From the NCBI GenBank assembly GCA_038832005.1, contig JAWBJZ010000001.1, positions 1 through 59,356 on the forward strand: a stretch of 59,356 nucleotides of DNA, given 5' to 3'. This document shows, piece after piece, positions 10,209 through 18,969 of this stretch. The stretch comes from Candidatus Caldarchaeum sp. (GTDB lineage Archaea > Thermoproteota > Nitrososphaeria_A > Caldarchaeales > Caldarchaeaceae). How positions within the stretch are numbered: the first letter of the stretch is position 1; each line of letters starts with the position of its first letter. The notes under the pieces are model-generated. The model made no database searches. It saw only the letters and a program-made list of their open reading frames with translations, and had not been told where the DNA came from. Made by a program: the position numbers and the translations under genes.

Positions 10209-10903
10209 AGGCTGAATGGGAAAGTTTCAACGAAGATTATGCGGCCGTAGACGAACCTCGAGTCCGACAGAGAGTTTAAGTATTGTATGGTTTGGCCGCC
10301 GACATCCGGCTTGTAGGCTATGTAAGGTGCTGGCGGCTTTGAACCCAGCTCGGTATAGTATACAAGGGGGAGCGCTGCAGAATCATAGTACTCGTACACG
10401 GGGTATATTATTCCGACTGCGTGCCTGCCCTTTAGCCGGAAGCACCAGAGGGGAGGGCTTGACGCTTCGTCAACCATGGCTGAGACTAACCGCATCAATG
10501 ACGCGATAGTTTTGACGCGGACCGACTTCAACCCTCTTATCTTCCTCTTGACCGGCTCCGACAGAGCCATTTCTAAAATGTCAGGAGTTGGCTCTATCTC
10601 TATCACGGGGAAAGATACGTATCTTCCTGTTTCCGGGACGTCTGAAAACAATGTCTCCTCCCTTTCTAGCGGGGTGTACACCAAGTATGGTTTAGGAGGG
10701 TGGTCGAGATCTGTGTAAACGAGAAGCGGTAGGCTGTATTTTCCGAAGGGTATGCTCATTAGATGCGACAAGATGTGTCTACCGTTTAAGCTGAATTCCA
10801 GCAAAGGAGGTATGTAGTCTGCCCGTGAAGCCACAAGCCTCGCAAGGCTGGCTGTGTCCTCGACCTTCAGCGGCACCGGTATCTTCGCACCACGTTTAGT
10901 CAT
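10205..10903 (-). CDS. hypothetical protein built from two tandem copies of an unrecognised ~100-aa domain
   Basis: The two halves align: 'ASLARLVAS..LNGRHILSHL..LPLLVYTDLDHPPKPYLVYTP' versus 'ASLMRLVSA..LKGRHAVGII..LPLVYYTELGSKPPAPYIAYKP'. Confidence 0.6.
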   Translation of the reverse strand: MTKRGAKIPVPLKVEDTASLARLVASRADYIPPLLEFSLNGRHILSHLMSIPFGKYSLPLLVYTDLDHPPKPYLVYTPLEREETLFSDVPETGRYVSFPVIEIEPTPDILEMALSEPVKRKIRGLKSVRVKTIASLMRLVSAMVDEASSPPLWCFRLKGRHAVGIIYPVYEYYDSAALPLVYYTELGSKPPAPYIAYKPDVGGQTIQYLNSLSDSRFVYGRIIFVETFPFSL

Positions 10904-11014
10904 TACCTAATCCGACGCCGTTTTAAACGGCTTCTAAGCAGGTAAAAAACTTACGCGAGGTTCCGATATTGAGTTGTTCAAAACCTCATATCCCGCGTTG
11001 TTGGGCAAAAAGCC

Positions 11015-11899
11015 ATGGATTCTGTCGGCTTCATCGGGTTGGGTTTGATGGGAAGGCCGATGGCGAAGAATCTTCTGGCGAAAGGTTTTCGTTTAGCGGT
11101 TTACAACAGAAGCCAAGGGCCGGTACAGGAGCTGGCTCAACTGAAGGCTCTTCCCTGCAAGTCTCCAGCAGAGGTTGCAAGCCAATCCGACATCATAATA
11201 ACGATGCTTCCCGACGCACCAGAGGTAAGGCAGGTCTTGGCAGGTGAAGAAGGTGTTTTGGAAAAAATCAGGCATGGGCAGGTTATCATTGACATGTCAA
11301 CAGTTTCCCCCATCTTTTCAAAGGAGATGGCCACCTTGGTCAAGTCTAAGGGTGGAGAAATGCTTGACGCACCCGTTTCAGGAAGCACTATGGCTGCAGA
11401 GCAGGGAACGTTGACGATAATGGTAGGCGGTTCTAAAGAGGCTTTCGAGAAGGCTTTACCCGTGCTACAGGCCATGGGGAAGCACATCTACTACATGGGG
11501 GAGTCGGGTGCTGGGAGCTTCACTAAACTTTGCAATCAGGTAGCCGTCTCACTCAACCTTCTGGGGGTTTGCGAGATGCTGCTGGTGGCTTCGAAGGCTG
11601 GTTTGGATGTTAAGAAAGTGATCGAAGTGGTGTCAACGGGTGCGGGAGGCTCTTGGCAGCTGTCCAACCTTGGTCCACGAATGGTTGTGAGGGATTTCAG
11701 GCCAGGGTTTAAGGTGAAGCACCTTAGAAAAGACTTGCGCATAGTCAGGGAGGTTGCTGAAAGCCTCGGCCTTTCTCTGCCAGGTGTTTCGCTTGTCGCC
11801 GAGCTTGTCAAAGCCTTGGACAACATGGGCCACGGTGAGGACGGCACGCAGGCTCTAGTCGAGGTCTTGGAGATGTTGGCACGTCACAGGCTTGGGTGA
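11015..11899 (+). CDS. beta-hydroxyacid dehydrogenase family (3-hydroxyisobutyrate / 2-hydroxy-3-oxopropionate / semialdehyde reductase-like)
   Basis: 'VGFIGLGLMGRPMAKNL' NAD(P) motif, 'DAPVSGS..AAEQGTLTIMVGG', 'GAGSFTKLCNQ', 'KDLRIV'. Confidence 0.85.
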   Translation: MDSVGFIGLGLMGRPMAKNLLAKGFRLAVYNRSQGPVQELAQLKALPCKSPAEVASQSDIIITMLPDAPEVRQVLAGEEGVLEKIRHGQVIIDMSTVSPIFSKEMATLVKSKGGEMLDAPVSGSTMAAEQGTLTIMVGGSKEAFEKALPVLQAMGKHIYYMGESGAGSFTKLCNQVAVSLNLLGVCEMLLVASKAGLDVKKVIEVVSTGAGGSWQLSNLGPRMVVRDFRPGFKVKHLRKDLRIVREVAESLGLSLPGVSLVAELVKALDNMGHGEDGTQALVEVLEMLARHRLG

Positions 11900-11912
11900 A
11901 AGCCCTCCCTCT

Positions 11913-12740
11913 CTACAGCTCTATGGAGGCCTTTGGATACGACCCCAAGATTTTCACGAATATCGTACAGGATGATAACTCTGCCAACGCTTTTTTAACC
12001 CCCTCGTCCCCCACGTGCCCCTCGAAGTCTACGAAGAAATAGTATTCCCACGGTCTTTGACGGGTTGGCCTCGACTCTATTTTTGTGAGGTTTATGTTGT
12101 TTCTTGCGAAGGCTCCCAACGCGTTGTAAAGGGCACCCGGCCTGTGAACCGTCGAGAATATTATCGATGTTTTGCTGTCGGCTTGCGGGGTTGTCTCTCT
12201 CGTAGATATAACTAAGAACCTCGTGTAGTTGTGGCCGTAGTCTTCGATGCCTTTGGCGAGGACAGACATGCCGTAGATCTGGGCTGCCCTTTCGCTGGCT
12301 ACTGCAGCCGCATGCTTGAGACCCTGCTCCTTAATCATCTTCACGCTTCCCGCCGTGTCATATGTTACAGCCATCTCAGCGCCGAGAGACGTAAGGAATC
12401 CCCTACACTGCGCAAGGGCCTGAGGATGGGAATAGACCACCTTAACGTCGGCAAGCGTTGTCCCAGGATGCGATATAAGACAATGTCTTATCTTGAGTAT
12501 TATTTCTCCAACAACTTTAACGCTCGAGGTTAGAAACATGTCGTATGTTTCTGCAACGCTTCCCTCTATGCTGTTCTCGACAGGGACAACGCCAAAGTCC
12601 ACCACCAAGGCTTCCGTGTTCTTGAAAACCTCACGAATGGTTTTGCATGGAAAAAGCTCAGCCTTATCGCCGAAATAGGAGATAACTGCTTCCTCGCTGT
12701 AAGCACCTTTTTCCCCTTGAAAGGCCACCCTCAACCCCAA
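11913..12740 (-). CDS. pheA: prephenate dehydratase with C-terminal ACT domain
   Basis: 'VAFQGEKGAYSEEA', 'VPVENSIEGSV', 'SHPQALAQC', 'TRFLVI', ACT region 'TSIIFSTVHRPGALYNALGAFARNNINLTKIESRP'. TTG start. Confidence 0.88.
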   Translation of the reverse strand: MGLRVAFQGEKGAYSEEAVISYFGDKAELFPCKTIREVFKNTEALVVDFGVVPVENSIEGSVAETYDMFLTSSVKVVGEIILKIRHCLISHPGTTLADVKVVYSHPQALAQCRGFLTSLGAEMAVTYDTAGSVKMIKEQGLKHAAAVASERAAQIYGMSVLAKGIEDYGHNYTRFLVISTRETTPQADSKTSIIFSTVHRPGALYNALGAFARNNINLTKIESRPTRQRPWEYYFFVDFEGHVGDEGVKKALAELSSCTIFVKILGSYPKASIEL

Positions 12741-12815
12741 GCCTTTTTCACAGCTTTACGGGTCGTTTTTATTTAAATCCATTCAGGGTAGGCTTAAATA
12801 CGGTCGCCACACAAT

Positions 12816-13118
12816 TTGCCAACGACCTTGGACACTAGCCTCAACACATTCAGCTCACAGTATTCGGGGAACAACGATAAACCTGCACGTGTCTCTTCTG
12901 AAAAACTTATTCCCGACATTCGGAAGTGTCTTGAGCTTCAAGTTGGTAAGACGGGCGAGATAAACACGGAGTATGGTGGTTTTGAAATCACTGTGAACGA
13001 GCCTAGCTATTTCCCTTGGTATGATGTCTTCGCGACGTTGCTGAAGTTTGGCTACGAGGTCTGGGTAACAGTAAAAAAAGAGAAGATGGTTATTGTTGCG
13101 CAGCTTGCGGGAGACTAG
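12816..13118 (+). CDS. hypothetical protein
   Basis: 100-aa ORF with a TTG start and no recognisable motif. A TATA-like 'CTTAAATA' lies about 20 nt upstream. It overlaps the 3' end of the permease gene by 4 nt. Confidence 0.3.
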   Translation: MPTTLDTSLNTFSSQYSGNNDKPARVSSEKLIPDIRKCLELQVGKTGEINTEYGGFEITVNEPSYFPWYDVFATLLKFGYEVWVTVKKEKMVIVAQLAGD

Positions 13119-14497
13119 GCGGCCAAAGGCAGCTGTAGGTATAACAATGCTAAGGATAACGCCACTGTTGGAAACGTAACTGCAGCGCCTAAGCCGATCC
13201 ACTGTCTTAGAGTAATATGTATGCGTTCACGTCTCTCCAGCATACCCACGGCAACTATGTTTGCTGTGCTGCCAATAATAGTCAGGTTTCCCCACAACGT
13301 TCCTGCAAAAAGCATAGCCCACCAAAGAGGAAAGATGTTTACTCCAAAATCTCCGAGAGTTTTCATTATCGGTATCCATGTGGCTACGGCCAGCACGTTA
13401 TCCATGAAGGCTGACATCAGCCCACATACAACCATGATTATGACCATTAAATATACTATACTGTTGCCTCCAATCTGTAAAATTATGTTTGCGAAGACTT
13501 GGGTAGCACCGGTATGGTTGAGCGTGCCGACGGTTGCAAAAAATATCATGAAAAACAATAGAGTCCACCAATCGATTCTCCTCTCGACAAGCTCACGAGC
13601 CCTTTCCCTTTCAAGCAACATAACAGCTCCTGCGAACAAGAACGGCACGCCTAGGAGCATCGCGTTTTTCCCTAATCCTAAGACCTGTTCGATTGGTGTG
13701 TGGAGAATAAGTCCTGTGATGGTTGCGATGAATATTGCGGCGGGTACTCTAATGTCGAATTTGTCGCCGTTGATTCCGTTTGCGGTAAACGTGGGGTTTA
13801 CTGGTTGTTTGCCTAAGTTGTTTGCAAGCATTTTTATGTCTGTTCTATAAACGTACATGCTAATCAATATAAACAGAAAAAGAGCGGCGGTTGAGATCGG
13901 TGTTGCCCATCGTAAAAAGTCAGCGAAGCCCAGTCCTGCTCGAAAAGCTATCATGACGCCGACCGGATTCCCGACCACTGTTGCAGAGCTCCCTATGTTA
14001 GTGGCGAATACCGCAAGTATGATGAACCTAACCGGGTTTAGGTTGTATCTTGACGTAAAATCAAGTATTATCGCAGCCATTATCAATATCGAGGTTACTT
14101 CATCAACCAAAGCCGCTAACAGGGCAGACATCGCTATCAACGATGCAACCAAGACTCTTGGCCTGTTACCTACTCTCGCGAGAAGCTTGTCCATCAGCAC
14201 TTCAAAAAAACGAGCATCCTCCAAGTATCCAACCACCATCATCATAGAGGCTAGAAACAGTATTGTGTCTAGATGAGCGAACTCTATCAGAAGCTTTATC
14301 TCAAGCAGGTTTGTTCCCAGCATGATCGCTAGGGCAAAAAAAGCGAACACAAGCCTGAACCTCCAGAACATCAGAGTTGCTCCAATCATGCCGCCGAGCA
14401 CTACGAGCGAAACTGCCTGGCTCGTGTTAAGCCCTAATACGTAGGCTAGAGCTAACACAAACGCCAGGAGCAACGAATATTGGACCAATTTGTTCAT
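13115..14497 (-). CDS. ArsB/NhaD/CitMHS-superfamily ion transporter permease
   Basis: 460 aa and polytopic. It has the two-fold repeat architecture and 'NIGSSATVVGNPVG' / 'NLTIIGSTANIV' hairpin motifs typical of the anion permease ArsB/NhaD superfamily. Confidence 0.75.
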   Translation of the reverse strand: MNKLVQYSLLLAFVLALAYVLGLNTSQAVSLVVLGGMIGATLMFWRFRLVFAFFALAIMLGTNLLEIKLLIEFAHLDTILFLASMMMVVGYLEDARFFEVLMDKLLARVGNRPRVLVASLIAMSALLAALVDEVTSILIMAAIILDFTSRYNLNPVRFIILAVFATNIGSSATVVGNPVGVMIAFRAGLGFADFLRWATPISTAALFLFILISMYVYRTDIKMLANNLGKQPVNPTFTANGINGDKFDIRVPAAIFIATITGLILHTPIEQVLGLGKNAMLLGVPFLFAGAVMLLERERARELVERRIDWWTLLFFMIFFATVGTLNHTGATQVFANIILQIGGNSIVYLMVIIMVVCGLMSAFMDNVLAVATWIPIMKTLGDFGVNIFPLWWAMLFAGTLWGNLTIIGSTANIVAVGMLERRERIHITLRQWIGLGAAVTFPTVALSLALLYLQLPLAA

Positions 14498-14563
14498 CGG
14501 ATGGCAACCTCTCGAGTCTCAAATCTGACATTAGTTTGACGTATTTTACTGTTTAAGAAAATG

Positions 14564-14845
14564 TTACGGCTGGGATGAACGGATTGTCTCGAGAATGCTT
14601 ATCGCCATCCAGAGCTGTGTCCTTGTGAACGAAGGCATGTTAGGGTCGTTGATTATCTCCTCTATCATCTCGATAGAATTCGCTGCTCTCACGGCGGGGT
14701 TGTATTTTTCGTTGAAAAGCTCGTCCGAAGCCTGTTTAGCAACGCGTCGTATGTTGCGGGGTGTCTCTGTGTCGTTTATTATGGTCTCTAGTATTTGGAC
14801 GACCTGCTGCCGCTTTGCTTCCCAGTCTTGACTCACCGCAGGCAA
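14564..14845 (-). CDS. UPF0147-family small archaeal protein
   Basis: 'DTETPRNIRRVAKQA', 'NPAVRAANSIEMIEEIINDPNMPSFTRTQLWMAISILE' matches the conserved UPF0147 pattern as I recall it. Confidence 0.65.
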   Translation of the reverse strand: MPAVSQDWEAKRQQVVQILETIINDTETPRNIRRVAKQASDELFNEKYNPAVRAANSIEMIEEIINDPNMPSFTRTQLWMAISILETIRSSQP

Positions 14846-14901
14846 AGCCCGAGCACCCCGTCAAACCTAGCTACCGTCTGAATAGCGTGCTTAAAACTCT
14901 T

Positions 14902-16569
14902 TCAGCCGCATACAGCCCCTTTGCCAGCAGAGCCAACGAGCCTGGCATATTTGGCCAGCACGCCTGAAACATACCTCGGCGGCGGGGGCGTCCAAGCCTT
15001 GAGCCTTTTCTGGATTTCTGTTTCGTCAAGCTCGACGTCAAGCCTTCTGTTTGGAACGTCGATGACCACGGTGTCTCCGTCTTCGAGGGCTGCTATTGGG
15101 CCTCCTACCGCCGCCTCCGGCGCCACATGCCCCACCATCAGGCCATGCGTCGCTCCTGAAAACCTGCCGTCGGTTATCAGCGCAACCTTCTCCTTAAGCC
15201 CTTGGCCCACAACTATGGCGGTGACAGCGAGCATCTCCCTCATCCCTGGCCCGCCCTTCGGCCCCTCATACCTTATGACGATCACATCGCCCTCATGAAT
15301 CTCCCGCCTCAGCAATGCTCTGTAAGCCTCCTCCTCCGAGTTGAAGACACGGGCGGGGCCTTTAAAGGACTGAATTGTTGAGGCCGTGGATTTTACCACA
15401 GCTCCCTCCGGAGCTAGGTTTCCCTTGAGTATCGCTATGCCGCCTGTTGGATGGAGAGGCTGCGTGATTGGGCGGACCACCTCCCCGCCGTCGCCTAACT
15501 TGAAGTCTCTAAGGTTTTCCGCTAAAGTCTTCCCAGTAACTGTTAAAACGTCTCCGTGCAGAAGGCCTGCTTCCAGAAGCTTTTTTAACACAACGGGCAC
15601 TCCACCAACCCGGTCTAGGTCAACCATAACAAACCTTCCTCCAGGCCTCATGTCAACGATGTGAGGGGTTTTTCTGCTTATCCTATCAAACACATCTATC
15701 TCGAGTTTAACACCAGCTTCATGGGCTATCGCTGGAATGTGAAGAACCGCGTTCGTAGAACCGCCCATAGCGCACACCGTCGTGACAGCGTTTTCAAAAG
15801 CCTCGTAAGTCATAATATCACGGGGCTTTATGCCGTTTTCCAAAAGCTTCATAACCTGTCTGCCAGACCTGTAGGCCGCGTCGTAGATTCTGTCGTCCAC
15901 AGCCGGGATTGAAGCTGTTCCAGGCAGCGACATGCCAAGCGCCTCTATGGCCGAGGCCATGGTGTTTGCCGTATACAGTCCTGCGCAAGAGCCCTCCGTG
16001 GGACAGGCGACGCGCTCAAGCTCAACCAACTCCTGCAAGCTGATCTGGCCCGAGCTGTAGGCTCCAACCGCTTCGTAAACGTCTTGGATAGTGACGTCAC
16101 GTCCCTTATACTTGCCTGGGAGGATTGTGCCTCCGTAGAGGAAGACGGAGGGTATGTTTAAACGGGCCATGGCCATTACTGTGCCCGGCAGGCTTTTGTC
16201 GCACCCCGCAATGCCTACAAGGCCGTCGAACCTTTGGGCGAAGCACATGAGCTCGATGGAGTCGGCTATCACCTCCCTGCTTACAAGCGAGCCTTTCATG
16301 CCCTCCGTGTTCATAGAGATCCCATCGCTTACCGCTATTGTTGTGAACTGAATACCTACTGCGCCAGCTTCCCAAACCCCCTCCTTAGCTCTCCTAGCCA
16401 ACCCGTCGAGGTGAAGGTTGCAGGGAGTGACTTCGTTTCCCGTGCTGGCCACGCCGACAAACGGTTTGCTGAAGTCAGCATCCTTCAAGCCTACAGCCCT
16501 GAGCATAGCCCTGTGAGGAGCTCTCTCAGGCCCTTCAGAAACATCGCGGCTGAATGTTTTTCCTGACAT
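14902..16569 (-). CDS. ilvD: dihydroxy-acid dehydratase
   Basis: 'RAPHRAMLRAVG', 'IAGCDKSLPG', 'CPTEGSCAGLYTANTM', 'ALITDGRFSGATHGLMVGHVAPEA'. Confidence 0.97.
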   Translation of the reverse strand: MSGKTFSRDVSEGPERAPHRAMLRAVGLKDADFSKPFVGVASTGNEVTPCNLHLDGLARRAKEGVWEAGAVGIQFTTIAVSDGISMNTEGMKGSLVSREVIADSIELMCFAQRFDGLVGIAGCDKSLPGTVMAMARLNIPSVFLYGGTILPGKYKGRDVTIQDVYEAVGAYSSGQISLQELVELERVACPTEGSCAGLYTANTMASAIEALGMSLPGTASIPAVDDRIYDAAYRSGRQVMKLLENGIKPRDIMTYEAFENAVTTVCAMGGSTNAVLHIPAIAHEAGVKLEIDVFDRISRKTPHIVDMRPGGRFVMVDLDRVGGVPVVLKKLLEAGLLHGDVLTVTGKTLAENLRDFKLGDGGEVVRPITQPLHPTGGIAILKGNLAPEGAVVKSTASTIQSFKGPARVFNSEEEAYRALLRREIHEGDVIVIRYEGPKGGPGMREMLAVTAIVVGQGLKEKVALITDGRFSGATHGLMVGHVAPEAAVGGPIAALEDGDTVVIDVPNRRLDVELDETEIQKRLKAWTPPPPRYVSGVLAKYARLVGSAGKGAVCG

Positions 16570-16591
16570 GATGCTTATCTGTTCAAACGGG

Positions 16592-16599
16592 ATTTAAAT
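16592..16599. promoter_or_regulatory. palindromic TATA element ATTTAAAT shared by divergent ilvD and tmk
   Basis: Its centre lies about 27 nt from the ilvD ATG (16569) and about 28 nt from the tmk TTG (16624). Confidence 0.4.
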
Positions 16600-16623
16600 T
16601 TTGCTAAACCAATTCAACATGGT

Positions 16624-17229
16624 TTGAGGAAGGGCTTTTACATAGCTGTTGAGGGAATCGACGGCGTCGGTAAAACCACTCAGTCAAACCGTCTGGCTAA
16701 GCTGCTTAGGTCCAGAGGTGTTAAAACTGTTTTGACAGGTGAGCCGACACACATGGCGGTGGGAAGGCTTATCAAAGAAGGGCTTAGAAGCGGTGGGAAA
16801 TATTCCGAGGAAGTGATGGCTTTGCTGTTCGCCGCCGACAGGTTGATGCATGCTGAGAAGGTGATAAAACCAGCTTTGAGGAACGGGATGACTGTGGTCT
16901 CAGACCGTTCGGTGATATCTTCTTTAGCGTACCAAGCTGTGGCCACACGCAGGAGAAAATGGGTTGGGTGGATCAACAGGTATGCGGCAAAACCTGACGT
17001 CGTTGTTTACATCAGCTTAAAGCCTGAGAAAGCGTTAAAAAGGCTTAGAAGATTTTCAGCCCAACGTTACGAGAGGCTGAGGTTTCTGAAGGCTGTCGAC
17101 AGAATGTACAGGCTGGTTTTGAGACGTGGCTGGAGGGTTGTCTGGGTTGACGGCGACGGAACAGTGGAGGAAGTAGGCGAAAGGATTGCTAGAGGCTTGG
17201 CTAAGTTCATTCCAGAATTGAGGAGATGA
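16624..17229 (+). CDS. tmk: thymidylate kinase
   Basis: 'YIAVEGIDGVGKTTQ' P-loop, 'DRSVISSLAYQ'. TTG start. Confidence 0.85.
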   Translation: MRKGFYIAVEGIDGVGKTTQSNRLAKLLRSRGVKTVLTGEPTHMAVGRLIKEGLRSGGKYSEEVMALLFAADRLMHAEKVIKPALRNGMTVVSDRSVISSLAYQAVATRRRKWVGWINRYAAKPDVVVYISLKPEKALKRLRRFSAQRYERLRFLKAVDRMYRLVLRRGWRVVWVDGDGTVEEVGERIARGLAKFIPELRR

Positions 17230-18370
17230 CCTTCTCCGCAGCACTACGAACCTTTTCCACCTCCTCTACATCCCTGTCAACATATATTCTGAAAACATGC
17301 AACGGCTTCGAAAGCTCTCTCAATATCCACGACTCCGCTAAATCGCTTGGATAAAGCCTAACTTCACCGGGTCCGTACTTGGTTAAGGGCGGGGCGTGGG
17401 AGAAGTCAAAGTAAACCCTGGAAGGGTTGATGCCGGCCATTTCCGCAACCTCTTCCTCGACTTCCCGCTGCTCAGCCAACGTAGTAATCTTTCTGACCTC
17501 TCCGAAGACCTGCTTCTCATACAGCCTTCGCGGCAAAATCCTTCTCTCAAGACGTTCTACAACCCATCTCGTGGCGGGATGGTTTTTCATAAAACACCAT
17601 GTGCTGAAGTCGTCGTGTTCAACGTACTGTTGCGGCGTCATCTCCGAGAAGTTCAGCTCGGACTTGAGCATTGTTGCGCCGCGGAGAAGAAGTATTTGGG
17701 CTGCTCTGACGGCGTGGTGGAAGTATATGTTGATAAAGGAATGGTAACGGGCTATGGCCAGCTCTTCAACAGCACCTACCCCCCGCACATCCACCGCAGG
17801 CCCGTCTTCGAGCAACCTGGTTAACCGTATTATCCTTTTCACGTCTATGACGCCGTATGTTGCTCCGGTGAAGTATGCGTCTCTGACTAGGAAGTCAAGC
17901 CTGTCTACATCCAACGGACCTGAAACCAAGCTGCTTAGCCTACTCCTTCCCTGAAGAACTTTGACTACCTCACCCCGGTCAATTCCAAGCCTTTCCAAAG
18001 CCTCGCCCAACTCCTTGTCATGCTCGATTATCCGCATGCTCATCTGCTCATGGCTGACACCCTTGTCGAGGAGAAGCTGCTCGAACAGATGGGAGAAAGG
18101 CGTGTGTCCTATGTCGTGTAACAGTGCGGCTGTTTTGAGCAGGGTTGTTTCATAGCTGTCTAACCCAAGATGTTGTGCAAACTCGCCTGCGAGAAACATG
18201 CAGCCTATCGAGTGGTCGAACCTGCTGTGACGTGCTCCTGGGTAGACGAGGTAGACGAGAGGGAGCTGGCTTATGCGTCTAAGCCTTTGGACGGCCCTTG
18301 TGTCGACGAGGCCGAGCTCCTGATCCGACAGCGTGATGTAGCCGTGGACGGGGTCTTTGATCAGCTTCAA
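17207..18370 (-). CDS. HD-domain phosphohydrolase (SAMHD1/COG1078-like)
   Basis: 'IKDPVHGYITL', 'RLRRISQL', 'RHSRFDHSIGCMFLA', 'AALLHDIGHTPFSH', 'DVDRLDFLVRD'. Confidence 0.82.
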   Translation of the reverse strand: MKLIKDPVHGYITLSDQELGLVDTRAVQRLRRISQLPLVYLVYPGARHSRFDHSIGCMFLAGEFAQHLGLDSYETTLLKTAALLHDIGHTPFSHLFEQLLLDKGVSHEQMSMRIIEHDKELGEALERLGIDRGEVVKVLQGRSRLSSLVSGPLDVDRLDFLVRDAYFTGATYGVIDVKRIIRLTRLLEDGPAVDVRGVGAVEELAIARYHSFINIYFHHAVRAAQILLLRGATMLKSELNFSEMTPQQYVEHDDFSTWCFMKNHPATRWVVERLERRILPRRLYEKQVFGEVRKITTLAEQREVEEEVAEMAGINPSRVYFDFSHAPPLTKYGPGEVRLYPSDLAESWILRELSKPLHVFRIYVDRDVEEVEKVRSAAEKVISSILE

Positions 18371-18463
18371 CCCGTGGTACGGTGATGTCTGCGTCCAATA
18401 AGGTTAATGGAACAGCCTAATCCCGGCTGTTTTAAACGCGGCAGAGGAATGACAGCGGTTGTG

Positions 18464-18868
18464 CTAGCCCTCAAACTCCTTAGAATCCATTTTGATGCCG
18501 AAGTAGGTGTAGACGGCTGTTTTGACGGCTTTCAGCGGGAGAAGCGCGCATTTTATCCTGACAGGCCCTACCTCTATTCCCAGAAGGTCGAAGACATGCT
18601 GCTTACTCAAGTTCTTAAGCTCATTCAAGGACTTGCCCTGTATCGTCTCAATAAGCATGGATGCGGATGCTTGGCTTATGGCGCAACCATGCCCCCTGAA
18701 CGTCGCCTTTTCCACAACACCGCTGTCCGCTATCTTTAGATAAACCTCCACCACGTCTCCGCACAACGGGTTGGAGTCCTTCACCTTAACCGTCGCGTTC
18801 GGCATTTCACCGTAGTTGCGGGGGTTACGGTAATGGTCGAGGATAATCTCGAACTGAGCCTCTCCCAA
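18464..18868 (-). CDS. Fe-S cluster assembly scaffold, SufU/IscU (NifU N-terminal) type
   Basis: 'LDHYRNPRNYG', 'NPLCGDVVEVYLKI', 'FRGHGCAISQASASMLIE', 'IKCALLPLKAV'. Confidence 0.85.
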   Translation of the reverse strand: MGEAQFEIILDHYRNPRNYGEMPNATVKVKDSNPLCGDVVEVYLKIADSGVVEKATFRGHGCAISQASASMLIETIQGKSLNELKNLSKQHVFDLLGIEVGPVRIKCALLPLKAVKTAVYTYFGIKMDSKEFEG

Positions 18869-18969
18869 ACCCTACCGCCGAGACATGTTTTACCAGCAAT
18901 TTAACGTTTGAAAAACAACAAAAGGACGCACACTAATCTGCATTGAAAGGTTTAAAAAATAAGCATGAT

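Noticed and set aside
10065-10903. The RHH gene plus the 232-aa ORF as a toxin-antitoxin pair
   Set aside because: The genes are convergent rather than co-transcribed. The 232-aa protein shows no PIN, RelE, HEPN or other toxin motif.
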